Assembly (NCBI GenBank): GCA_964106645.2
Contig: OZ067038.1
From: Podarcis pityusensis
Taxonomy: Eukaryota
DNA length: 64,000 nt
Reading direction: 5' to 3' (one strand)
Positions 13,567-26,700 of the stretch are shown piece by piece. A program made the position numbers and the translations under genes. The notes beneath the pieces were generated by a model that was not told where the DNA came from, did not search any database, and was given only the letters and a program-made list of their open reading frames with translations. The stretch's first letter is position 1. The number at the start of each line of letters is the position of its first letter.

Positions 13567-16500
13567 CCACACGTGCCTCAAATTTGTACCATAGTTTTGG
13601 GAGAGAAGTGGGAGGGGATGTGGTCAGAGAAGTAAAAACAAATTGGGAATTGAGCTTAAAATCCCTATTTCAAATCATTGGATTCATGAAGACTTTCAAA
13701 GGCACAAATGATACAAGGCAGGTTTATAAAGCTGCCGATCTTTCAGGTGAGAAGGGTATATTAAAATATTCTAATTTTGTAACTAGATTTAAGGATATCA
13801 TCCAGATTTTATCCTCAGGAAAACATTATTGTTTGACTTCAATGTAATTTGGCTGGCTGTCCATCATTTGTGCCTTGGAAAATCTCCACCTACTTCATGG
13901 TTAAATTAAATATGTTTTATAATATGCCAGAAGACTCACTGATGAGGGAAAAGCTAAGAGGCACAAATCTTTTACTTTTTTTGGTAAATGTTCATGATGC
14001 CGACAGTCTTGATTGTCGGTGGGTGTAAAGTGGAAGTTTGCTTGATCAAGACACAAGTCTATGACAATATTTTCCTAAAAGTGCCAACAATGGAAAGCAG
14101 GAATTTAGGATGGTGTAGTGAATGAGGGTGGGTTCCCCCGCCCCAATCTCTTTGGTCTTTGAGACCAAATGAATAGAAACCACCTGTGATCTGATTTCAA
14201 TAAATTCTGCACATAAAAAAGGAAGTCTAATTGCAGCAGGGAGTAATAGGCAATAGTGAATATGCCTAGGAATGCCAGTATAAGAAGCCTTCAACAGAAA
14301 TAGTGAATTTGAAGTGTATTGATTTAGCCATCCTTATTGTTGCAAACCGAATGCAGTGTGTCAGCTGGCTACATCCCCTGCAAGTCAGCTATGAAGAAGA
14401 TACTTTTGTCCTACTTCCTTTCATAATATGCCAGTTGCATTTATCCCTTTATGAGCTATGAAAGCGAGCTCTTTTGATGATAAAGTATATTTGCAGAATG
14501 AGCAAAGACCTCTCATTGTCTTTTCCTGGACAAAACAGCTTGGCTCCTGCTGTAAATTACTCCTTTGAAAATCATCAGTATGTTACAAACAGCAGTTCTC
14601 AGAAGCTGCATTCTGAGTTTAAGCTAAAATTAATTAACACTGGGTATGATTACCTGAACGTTAAAAGGCATGCAGTTTAGATGTGAATATTTTCATGGAA
14701 GCCTGAAGCCGGCATCTTCAATAATAATTCAAGTTTCTCCACATAACCCTTTGTTTTTCTGTGAACTTGGCTAAGAGCAACATGGCTTTAAGAGTTCTTT
14801 ACCATTTTAGCTCAAAAACAAGCATCCAGTTCATTACAGCTGAAACCCAGTTTATCCTTTGAACATGACTCCTAAAGGCATTCTTTATTCCTGTGTTATT
14901 CCTACTTGAATTTTGATTCAAAGACTACTGAAGCAAATGGAATGACAGTGGCATTAAGACTGGATACAAAGTATTTAAAAATGAGGTCTGAAAACTACAT
15001 TCGTTTAGGACAGTATTTTTTTCTGATGGTTGTGCTGATGGGGCAGAAATAGGAGGTGGCTATTAAAATATTGAACAACTATAATGATTTCTGTTTCCAG
15101 GAAATTGGCTGTTTTGCTATAACAGAATTATTTATATTTGCAGAGATAAAATGAAAGGCAGGCCTTCCCTATACAAAAGTTAGGGAAGGAGAATTTGGCG
15201 CACAGTTTGCATAAGACTGTTAAGCATGTAGTGGATACTTGAAAAAACCTGTGCAGGTTTTCTCCCTGCCCTTGATGAACCAGTAGTGTGTGACTACTGC
15301 CACGCACCAAATTCTCCTTTAATAAAACCACAAATGTCATAATATGAGCACATCTCAAAACAGATAGCAAATACACACAGGTGGCTTCTTGGAGTCAAAG
15401 AGGCCAGGTGGGCAGCCTTTCCATGGAACCAGCCCATGGTCAGAGTGGCCTATGAACCCGTCCTGTGCTTCGTTTTTTCAAGTTCCATTATCTTAACTGA
15501 ATTTTGCCTTCTTGCTTCTTGTCATCTCCTACTTCTGCTCGGTGTCAGCCACTCTTTCCTTTTTATGGTCCTGAAATGAATATGGCAGTGTAGTTCTGAT
15601 CTATAGGCTGAATTGTCTTTCTGTAGCCCTAGACTTCTTTTTCCACAGCCCACGATGGCCAGTAGAAGAGCCAGCACAGGCAACTGCAACCATGCATAGT
15701 GCCTTCCTAGTTGGATTATATACAAGGTGCGATGGAACAGGATTATTGGACTGATACCCATGACTTAATTCATATTACCCATACAGGAGACCCTACATGA
15801 GAATCAAAAGAAGTTCCCGGAGGAAGGCTATTTCTCTACAGTTTTACTTGAAACAGTACATTAGACAGCTGCTTAAATACAGGTTGTGATCCTTTCTTGA
15901 GGCTCACTAATACAATTGTTGGAAAGTTATCTTCTGTATTTTGTTTGTGGCCTCACAAGTATATACAGACCAAAAAAAGCATTCTGTCATTAAATTTTAT
16001 GTGGCATACATCCCTCTTTTAAGATTATAAATAAAATCACATGACAAAAATAAAAAGTTGGGTTGCAGTATGATTCCAAAAGCTTATTGCATTTTATAAT
16101 CAAGAAGCTTTAAAAATGTTCAGGATACAGAATTTATGGTGTTTCGTTTATCACTACTGTGAGCCAAACCACGTTCTACAAGGAAATATGGCACAGTCAT
16201 GGCTGTGTATGGGCCAGGCTATTCAAACTACTTCATAATTTATAATGCTTATAAGAGGCTATGACCATGCTGAATGCAGATGATATCAGACACAACCAAT
16301 GTATCTGGAAGAATTAAAATAAGGTTCCTATAGTATTATTAATCTAACATTAAAAATGAATCTGCAGCTTCTGTTCAATTGTTTGTTTTATAAACAAATC
16401 TTATGCTTGGGACTTTCCCCCACCCCCAAGTATAAAAAAACTATGACACAAAAAGTATTACCAAGTTGCAATGCTAACCACTTGCCTGGGGGTAAGCCCC

Positions 16501-16959
16501 AATAAATTGAGTACTGACTTCTGAGTAGACATGATTACTGTTTTTGTATGGGTACAGAGAGCTTGGCAATGATTGTTCACTTCCCTTGGTAAGAGGCAAA
16601 ATTCCTATCCTGCAAAGTTTTCAGATCAGAACTCAGTGATGCCAGGCATGGTTTGCATCGTGAAATTCCCAGGTTTAATCATTCTTGTCTCCCCGGCTAA
16701 AAGAAATTAGTCCTAAACTTGGTATAAGACATAATTTCCATGGTTTGGTGCTTCATTCCTAAATGCATTTTCTTCAAAGTATTGTTCATTTGTTTTTAGT
16801 GCCACTTATTTCTCTAAAAAGGAATATTTAGGATGGTGGCCCAAGTCTCATGAAGGTTGTTTTTAAATTCCTTTTTGATTTATGACATGGAGACTATGTT
16901 TCCTTGTCCTTCAGCCTGCCTCACATTGAAACTTTTCAGCAAGAGTTCTTTGGCACATA

Positions 16960-17095
16960 GCCACTGCCCATGTAGCTCTGTACTGTCTACACTGGCAGGC
17001 AGTGTCTCCCTCAGTCCTACCTGGAGATGCTGGGGTTGAGCCTGGGACCTTCCACCTGCAAAGAAGATGCTCTGGGCATCCCAACAGATGCATAG
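16960..17095 (-). mobile_element. Degenerate tRNA-derived squamate SINE; related remnants near 33040-33210, 36960-37150, 37830-37960 and 51960-52145
   Basis: Shared motif gagctgctgccagtcagtgtagacaatactgagct across copies, and a B-box-like head. Confidence 0.5.
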
Positions 17096-17994
17096 TATAA
17101 CAAAGTTGTACATATCTCTGTTATTTCCAGTGCAATATTTGTATGCAGAATGTTGTTTCACCCTTACTTTGTATACATGAGGTATAAATTAAATTGAATT
17201 CATAGTCAGTTGCTTTGGGTCCTCTATGACCATCTTCTTCCAGTGATTGTTGTGGCAGCATTGTTATGTTTGGCAGAATTAAAAACAATAACACTGTAGA
17301 TCATAAACAAGGATGTTTAACATTTATTATTATATTTATTACATGTATTGGTTGGTTACTACAGAAAATGTATTGAAGCAACCAACAATTGGAGAAAAAC
17401 ACAGAGTTTATTCGTTGTCAATGTGAGACAATAAACCAGAAGCCTATATGGGGGGAAGAGAGACTTGGAGCATGAATTGAATACTCAGGACTGTAGGGGG
17501 CTATGGGTTGAGATTTTACTTAAACTCAAGATTAGGCTTAAATTGAGCTGTCAACCATTTGTGAGATTTGCTGAGGTGCTGTGCCTGTTTGGTTTTCTGT
17601 TTACCTCCTGTATTTTAACCCGGCTTACTCGTGAGCACTCCTCAGCTGCCTGAGAAATGAGGATTTCTTTTGACGCCACGGATACGAGCTTCGAAAGTTT
17701 ATTGCCTAGTACTCAGCTACGTACAGGAGCTGTTTCTTGGTCGGAGTTTTTTTATTTATTTATCCCAGTTTAACTACTCAAGCCGTTGAAGTTGACTTTT
17801 TGACCATGCGAAGCTTCAGTGCGATTTTAAGTTTCGCGGCTGCCCCTCCTGTCCACTATCTGCGTCAGGTCCAAATACAACCAAAGCTCGCAATCTCAGA
17901 AGGGAAAGCGAAACCTTTCACAGGACAAAGACGATTGTGGGAACCTGGCGAGTTCTTCGCGTGGAAGGAAAACCGCGCCTCACCAGCGAGACCC

Positions 17995-18085
17995 ATGGAC
18001 TGGGGAGGTGGGTTGGCGGCCCGCAGGTGCCTCCTGCACGGCTTCTCGGTGTTCCTCTGTGGCGTCGTCGTCCTCCAGCCGGCAG
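17995..18085 (+). CDS. NCR3LG1: NCR3LG1-like exon 1, signal peptide [30 protein letters not shown]
   Basis: ATG (cccATGG) in a CpG island, hydrophobic leader, donor GCAG|gtaaac in phase 1 matching the IgV exon. Confidence 0.8.
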
Positions 18086-21000
18086 GTAAACGGAGCGGGC
18101 GAGGGGCGTCGCTGCTGCCCCTGCTGCTTCCTCTAAAGGCCGCTCGGCAGCCGCAGGGCGACTCGCGCCGTGAGTTCGGCTCCTGCTTGGGGGAGAGAGC
18201 GCGGAGGTCGCTCTCGCCCCGGGGGAAACGAGCGGAAACTCCTGGATGTAGGGGAGAGCTAGTAGGGGAGCTGAGTGGGGCAGCACAGGCCACCCGCTCC
18301 CCCTCTCTTGGAGAAGCGAGTTTTGTGACAAGGGGCGAGGCGGACGCTAACTAACGAGAGTAACAGATAGGTAGCTGTGTTGGTCTGACATAATCAAAAT
18401 AAAAAAAAAAAATCCTTCCAGTAGCACCTTTAAGACCAACTAAGTTAGTTCTTGGTATGAGCTTTCGTGTGCAAGCACACTTCTTCAGATACCTTCAGGT
18501 ATCTGAAGAAGTGTGCTTGCACACGAAAGCTCATACCAAGAACTAACTTAGTTGGTCTTAAAGGTGCTACTGGAAGGATTTTTTTTTTATATAACGAGAG
18601 TAAGGCGGACTAAGGGGGACACTTGTTTGGAGCAGAGGAGGAGGAAGCGGGCGCTTTGAAATTGCTCCTCCGTGGAAAGCCCAGCTCCTCCTTGCGCCTC
18701 TTCCTCGCGGAAATGGTGCCCACTAGGCTCGACATGCAGCTGTGCTTTTGAGACTAGGGAGTTTTCTCTACATATTTCTGGGGCACGGATTGGAGCCATA
18801 ACGCGTGTGGAAGGAGAGAGAAACCCTTAACGGAATCCACACTGGACACCCGGCGTCTTCAGCTTGCATTGGGGAAGCGGGAGAAACCACCAGCTGGTTT
18901 CAACCGGAGTTTCCCCCTCGGTGTGCTAATTTCTAGCGCTTGAGGAGAAATCCCTGAGAACGGAGTGTTAAATCATTGAATCATAGAGTTGGAAGAGACC
19001 ACAAGGGCCATCGAGTCCAACCCCCTGCCAAGCAGGAAACACCATCAGAGCACTCCTGACATATGGTTGTCAAGCCTCTGCTTAAAGACCTCCAAAGAAG
19101 GAGACTCCACCACACTCCTTGGCAGCAAATTCCACTGTCGAACAGCTCTTACTGTCAGGAAGTTCTTCCTAATGTTTAGGTGGAATCTTCTTTCTTGTAG
19201 TTTGGATCCATTGCTCCGTGTCCGCTTCTCTGGAGCAGCAGAAAACAACCTTTCTCCCTCCTCTATGTGACATCCTTTTATATATTTGAACATGGCTATC
19301 ATATCACCCCTTAACCTCCTCTTCTCCAGGCTAAACATGCCCAGCTCCCTTAGCCGTTCCTCATAAGGCATCGTTTCCAGGCCTTTGACCATTTTGGTTG
19401 CCCTCCTCTGGACATGTTCCAGTTTGTGGTTTCCCCCCTTTTCCATTTTTTGTACACATCCTTTTTTAATCTTAACTCAGTTAAAAGTTCTTTAGATAGC
19501 CACCCTGGCTTCTTTAGGCACCTTCCATGTTTCCGTCTCATTGGTATTGCCTGAAGAAGTTGTGCTTTTACTATCTCCCTCTTAACAAACTCCCAGCCAT
19601 CATGAACTCCCTTTCCTTTTAGTATTACTGTCTATGGCATCCGCCAACCAGCTGCGTTAGTCTGGATCCGCAGGGGGCACGTTATTATTATTATTATTAT
19701 TATTAACTACTTTTTTAAAAAAAATAAATTTTATTAGTATTTTCCACACAACAACAACAATATGAAAGATAACAAAAAATAACAGTACACAACACACAAA
19801 AATCAACATTCGAAAACTAAATAAAGCAACAACAACAAAAACAAACAAACAAAAACAAATCCATATCTTACAAGTTAATATTATAAACACTAAAACAACA
19901 ACAAGTCATTGACTTCCACCATTCCCACAGCACCTCCTTTATCTCTCATTGTGTCTTCCTGTTTTTTTTATCATCTCTATCCTAACATCTAGATATAAAT
20001 CCTTCTTTCATATCCTTTCACTTCACCTTATTATTATTAACTAAATTTCTATATTGTACTGCCCTTCATCCGAGGATCACAGAGCGGCTTACAACATAAA
20101 AATGCAAAAATACATAACATAGTAACAAACTAAAGCAATAACCCCCTCACAGGTCATATAGATGGTTTAAATAGTCAAAGGCATGGGAGAAGAGGAATGT
20201 TTTTGCCTAGCACATGGATGGAGCTAAGGAGTGGGTAAAACAATAGAAATACTTAACTGAGCAATCGTGTTGGTTCTGCCCCCTAACAAAAGTCCTGCTC
20301 CCCAACACAAATCCTGGCTATGCCCATAGCCTGGCACCTAAAGATATGTCACAAAGGCACCCGGCAAGCCTTCCTGGGGAGAGCATTCCACAAGTGGGGA
20401 ACCACCACAGAAACGGCCTGCTGCCAACCTCCAGACTTCTCACAGAGAGGCACACAAAGAAGGGCCACAAATGACAATCATAGGGTTTGGGTTGGTTCAT
20501 ATGGGGATAGGCAGTCCTTGAGGTATTTCAGTCCTGAGCCATTTAAGGCTTTATAGGTCAAAACCAGCACTTTGAATTGGGCCCAGAAACTAATTGGCAG
20601 CCAGTGCAGTCAGGCCAGGATCAGTATAATATGCTCAAACTGTCTTGCCCTGGTGAGCAGCACCTGGGGTTTCTGAACCATCCTCAGAGGCACTCCCACT
20701 TATAACATGTTGCAGTCATCTAACCTAGAGGTTACTAGAGCATAGGCAACAGAAGTTAGGCTTTACCTGTCCAGACAGGGGGCGCAGGTGGGCCAGCTGT
20801 AGGAGCTGATGGAGGTCACTCTGTGCCACTGGGGCCACCTGAGCCTCAGGTGACAGCAGTGAATCCAGAAGCACCTCCCTTCAGAGGGAATGTAACCCCA
20901 TCAGGAGTTTTGGCAATTTGTGTGAAAATGAACAAGCCTTCATTCCTGGCTAAAATTTGGCCCTTTGGCATGCTGTTGACTTTCCAGAAGCCCTAACTCA

Positions 21001-23735
21001 GCAACAGGAAATTCTCTGGCCTCTAGATGGCACTGTGAATCCCAGAAAAGCAGTTCAAGTTGAGAAAGAGAAAGAAAAAAAACAGTCGTTAAATTAAAAT
21101 AACCCTCAAGTCAGAGCAACAGCCTAATAACAGTTAGTGACAGGACATCAGCTTGATCTTTTCATTGCTAAAAACCATATAGGCTACACAAACATAAATG
21201 AAATATAGAAAAAGAAAGGGATCCTCAACATTTTGCCATTGTCTATCCTAAAATATTATTGATTGCCCATTCCTTAGTGTTAAAGATTAGAGCAAAGTTC
21301 ACAGGTGAAATATAGGAGACTATGGTTTAAGTTTTTGGTTTTTTGGCCCCATTTTACTACCAGGAACCCTGCTGCTGGCTTCTACTGGAGGGTCAGGTTA
21401 GTTGAATCCAACCCTATATTTCTAAAAGGGTCATTCCACACCAAATCACCTGGTGCCATGTGCTCTCACAATTTAGATTTTCTTCAGGGTTTTTTTGTTA
21501 TGTGTAGATACCTATGAGATAACCTCAAATTATTTTTAAAATATTTTTTGGTCTAAAATTGGGGGCAGGATAATTTTTTGAAAATTTCAATTTTCACGCG
21601 GTTTAGGCGGGTGGTGCTGTGGTCTAAACCACAGAGCCAGGTCTTGCCGATTGGAAGGTCGGTAGTTCGAATCCCCACAATGGGGTGAGCTCTCGTTGCT
21701 CGGTCCCTGCTCCTGCTAACCTAGCAGTTTGAAAGCACGTCAGAGTGCAAGTAGATAAATAGGTACCGCTCCGGCGGGAAGGTAAACAGTGTTTCCGTGC
21801 ACTGCTCTGGTTTCGCCAGAAGCGGCTTAGTCATGCTGGCGACATGACCTGGAAAAAGTGCCTGCAGACAAATGCCAGCTCCCTTGGCCAGTAAAGCGAG
21901 ATGAGCGCCGCAACCCCAGAGTTGTTCACAACTGGACTTAACTGTCAGGGGTCCTTTACCTTTTTAGGCTAATGCAATTTCTCTGTCAGTTTAGAAAAAA
22001 ACCTCCTGTTTCACTTATTTTTTAACTGATTGGGCCTATTTTGGTATCAAAATTAAGGTAATTGTGGTCTCTTTCAAAATAAGGTATCAAAATGGCATTA
22101 AGTGCCACAGGAAAGAGTCACTGACTATTTTGTTATTTTGTTTCCCATACATGTAATATGGGCAGTGATGAATCATAGCCTCCTACTGTTAGAAAGGTCA
22201 AAAGACTATTTGCAATAATGCTATTTTTTTTTTTATTTACGAAGGATCTCTGAAAGTGACAATGGAAAGTCGGATGGTGGCAGTCTTGGATACAGATGTG
22301 ATGATACCATGTGAGATCTCTGAATACAGTACTCCAGAGCTAAAGATTGCAAAAATTGCTGTTGAGTGGTATTGGAAGCCTTCTTCCAAGGAAGCGGAAA
22401 ATATAGTATACACCATTGTTTCTGGAGTGCCTAAATCTTATAGAAACGGTGCAAGAATGGATGAAAGTGAACTGATAAAAGGCAATGCTGCACTTTACCT
22501 CCCCCAAATACAGATTAGTGAAGAAGGAATATACAGTTGTTCTGTGACTGTTACCCCAGATTCAAATGAAGGAACCACTGTTGTAGAGCTAATTGGTAAG
22601 TATTTATGTTGTACAAGTTTGTAGAAAACTTACAGAGAATGAACTTGTACATTTCAGAATTTCCCAGTAGCTTTAATGTCTAACTAAGCATTATATAAGG
22701 AAATGTATGTGATATCACCCATCTTTAGAGAAAACTCACTTTGCAAGACAGTAATTTAGAACAGAGAACTATGGGGGTGCGAGAAGCATGCTTAATCCTT
22801 TCCCCCAAGCACCAAAATACATTCCAAGCTGCTTCAGCCTTCCCCTCCCCCAGGAGATGCAGGTTTGGAACCGTGTAGGGGTGGTTTGGTACAGCAAGAG
22901 AAAAGGAAAGTGTTAAACTTCTACCAACCTTTCTTAACTATAAATCACCTGCTTGGGAATCATGGAACTCTAGAATTGTAGAGTTGGAATGGGATCCCAA
23001 TGGAATCTCAACTAGATCATACATGGCAGATGGCTATCCAATCTCTGCTTTCAAACTTCCAAAGAAGGAGAGTCTGCTACCTTCCAAGGGAGTCTGTTCT
23101 AATGTCAAACAGCTCTTAAGAAGCGTATCTCTTTAAAAAAAAGTCACTTTGTGTTATGGAAAGGTATAGCTGACTCTTAAAAGTTTTGCTAAGCAATTTC
23201 TTATATACCAAGTGGGACCTGCCACAAAACGTCGTATTGTGGAGTGCTCCCACTAAGGCCTCCAGACACTCAGGTGGTATTCAAGATACCCCATTGCATT
23301 CTCTCTTCATCACCCCACTTTTTCATGCTCCCCATTCCCAACAGGTTGTCAGTATTTTGTGGCTACTAAGCATGCTCTTTTTTGGGGGGGGGGGATGCCT
23401 CCTTAAATTTCCCCCTGTGGTTGTTGTTTTACTTCTGCATGCTACTATCTCCTCCTTGTGTCTTAGTAGCCTTGTTTTGGTGTTGTCACTCAACACCTTA
23501 GCTCTAGTCGACAGACTGATATTATCATATATATTTGAAACACTTGAAGCCAAAGAATTGGCTGGTTAGTTCAAATGAATCTTTGAAAGTTAAGTCCACT
23601 CCCATTGCCTCCTTTGCCCTCACTGTGCTTTTAGAATTGCCAGATCACAAAAGCTACACTAACAATAGAAGCTGCCACTGACATAATTATCTTCTCAGGG
23701 TCTAGGTTCTAAATTGTAATAATCCTATATATAAG

Positions 23736-23769
<34 letters not shown>

Positions 23770-26700
23770 TACCTGTAAAATTTGTTCTGTATCCTTCAGT
23801 GTCAAAATGCTATGAAGGCAGCTTAACTACTTAAACAATACAATGATAAATATCGAGCAACAAAAACAACAAAGCAGAGGAAGAAAAAAATACCTTCATA
23901 TCAATGGCGGGGGAAAATAAACCAGCTGGTATTTTGAAGGACCTGGGAACATAAAATGCCCCTCCAGGTCCGTCATTTACCTTTCTGCTTTTTCCATCCA
24001 GTTGTGCAGAGTCGTTTGTAACTCTAGTTTTGCCCAATTTTGGTATTCTCCTGGACTCCTTTCTTCAGCTCTTTGCCTCCACCATTATTTCCCCCCAAGT
24101 TCCTTCTTGTTCATTTTTATTACAACCAAGGCTCTTGACCAGCCTTCTTAGTAGGCTTCCCCCCTTCCCACCCATAGCACACAGCTCCTCTTGACCCACA
24201 AAACACCTTCTTCAGGACTTCTCTTCTGTGCCTCTTGCCCCAGCCTTCTCCTTCTGCTTAAACAACCCTCACCCCAGGTTTTTAATTTAGACCATGTCCT
24301 TCTGAGAAATCAGGAGTATGAACTATGACTTTCACTTCACTTTCAACCAGCTTTTGTCTGAAAAACTGTATAAAAATGCAGTAAAAACAGAAAAAATGAC
24401 ACTTTTTATTATCTCCATGCAGCTCAACCTTCAGTAAAGCTGTCTCCCAGGACAGTTGAACTAGAAGACGGCAAGGAGAAGACCCTGTCATGCACAGTGA
24501 ATAAATTCTATCCTCTTTTGATTGAGGTTCATTGGGAGAAAAAATCTGAACGCGGCAATAATGAAGTTGTACCTGCAGATGATATTTGCACAGGGGTACC
24601 TGTGAAAAATGGAGATGGCACTTTCAATGTAACCAGTAAACTGGGGCTACAACCATCTTTACAGGATAATGGAAATGTCTATAGTTGTGTTGTGGGACAC
24701 AAATCATTTTCCATACGGCAGGCCTTCAATGCCACTTTGATAGTAACAGGTATTCCTTCTGTTGACCTTTTCTCCCTGTGTGTGTGTATGTGTATAATAG
24801 TGGGTCACATCCAACTGGTGTACTTCCATGAGTGTAGGGGCTTTTGATCCAGAAGGGGAGAGGATATTTGCCCACACACCCTGGAGCCTTCAGCACCTTC
24901 CACTAATTCTGCCCAATGTTCTGAAATGTAGCTTTCTCCTTTCTCCAAAGATTCATATTGTACTTACAAATGCATTAGTCTTTGGGACTTCCATGCTAGG
25001 GCATCACAAGGAAAGGGATAAAATATATTGTAATGCCTTTATACAAATCTATGGGAATACTGTGCACAGTTCTAGTCGCTGCATCTCAAAAAGATTATTG
25101 TGGAGCTGGAAAAGGTGCACAAAAAGGGCAACCAAAAATGATATTAGGGATGGAACAACTCCTTAGTGAGAAAAGGTTATGGCACTTGGGGCTTTTTAGT
25201 TTTTTTTTTAAAAAAGGCAAATATGAGGAAGGGACATGTTAGAATTGTATAAAATTATGTGTGATATAATTATCTGGGATGCGGGTGGTGCTGTGGGTTA
25301 AACCACAGAGCCTAGGACTTGCTGATTAGAAGGTCGGCGGTTTGAATCCCCGCAACGGGGTGAGCTCCCATTGCTTGGTCCCTGCTCCTGCCAACCTAGC
25401 AGTTCCAAAACACTTCAAACGTGCAAGTAGATAAATAGGTACCGCTCTGGTGGGAAGGTAAATGGTGTTTCCGAGCACTGCTCTGGTTCGCCAGAAGCGG
25501 CTTAGTCATGTTGGTCACATGACCCAGAAGCTGTATGCCGGCTCTCTTGGCCAATAAAGTGAGATGAGTGCCGCAACCCCAGAGTCGGTCACAACTGGAC
25601 CTAATGGTCAGGGGTCCCTTTACCTTTACCTTTATGTGTGATATGGATGGAAGTTAGTTCTCCATTAACACAATCTGGGATCATCCAGTCAAGTTGACTG
25701 GTGAGAGGTTCAGGGCAGACAAAAAGAAGTACTTTTTCATGCAACATATGCTTAACTTACAGAATTCACTGCCATGTGGTGGTCTGTTGATGGCCATTAG
25801 CTTAGATGGGTTTACAGTGTGATTGGACACAATTGTGGACTGTAAGCCCACCAATGGCTACCTCCAAAATCAGAGGTAGCATGCCTCTGAATATAACTTT
25901 CTGGCAAACAACAATATGAGAGGTCTTTATGTCCACTTTGGAAACCTTATAGTCATGCTAGACCAGATTAGTCTTTGGGCTTCTCCAGCTTTTCTTATGT
26001 GCAGTTGGAATAAATGAGGCTAAAATAACTTTGCCATGATTGAGTAGCTGAATATGAAATATTACTTCTCATCAAAAGGTTGCAACAAGGCTGAAACATT
26101 TTGCTATTTTGTGTGATAAGTAACAAGAACAATTTCTCTCTCTTTACAGAACCACCACCAAATTTTACCTGGTTGGCTGTGATACTTGTTTTATTATTAC
26201 TTGGTGTGATTCCTGTAATTCTGTACATAATGTACTTTAAGAAAAGTAAGTAATGGGAAACATTTAATTAATTGATTATTTAATTTTTTCAATTAAGAGA
26301 ATTCTATACTATTCATCAAATGTGGTTAAGGGTGGTTTACAAAAATAGATTAATATGAAACATAATACATGCACATATTCATTATTATTAAAGTAAAATT
26401 AGTATTTTTGTGAAATCTTAATCTTTGGTAAACTTAGGTCTGAAATGACAGTATTCAAAAAATCCTAGGCACCAGTACACCAGGCACCAAAAAATCTCCT
26501 TGCCTGTGGTTAAGAATTTTGACTAAGTTTTCTTTTAAGTGGCTAAGATTTCTTTGCTGAATCAGTTGGGGAAGGGCCATAACTCAGTGATAGAACATCT
26601 GTTTTGCATGCAAGAGGTCCTAACTGGTTAGTTCTAGCTTCAGCACTATCTTGGAGATGGATGGCTGTCAGTGACAGAGTGGTGGCCCTATGCCCCAGAT

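Larger units (their letters stand above)
17900..18930. promoter_or_regulatory. CpG island over the first exon and start of intron 1 of the NCR3LG1-like gene (interrupted by a Penelope-type insertion)
   Basis: Local high GC and dense CpG dinucleotides in otherwise CpG-depleted DNA. Confidence 0.7.

Noticed and set aside
13341-13847. 168-aa ORF
   Set aside because: Overlaps the last NUCB2 exon and 3' UTR in another frame, non-ATG start, no recognisable homology.
17737-18354. 205-aa ORF as a standalone gene
   Set aside because: Only 17995-18085 (signal-peptide exon) has coding features; the rest is GC-rich UTR/intron read-through.
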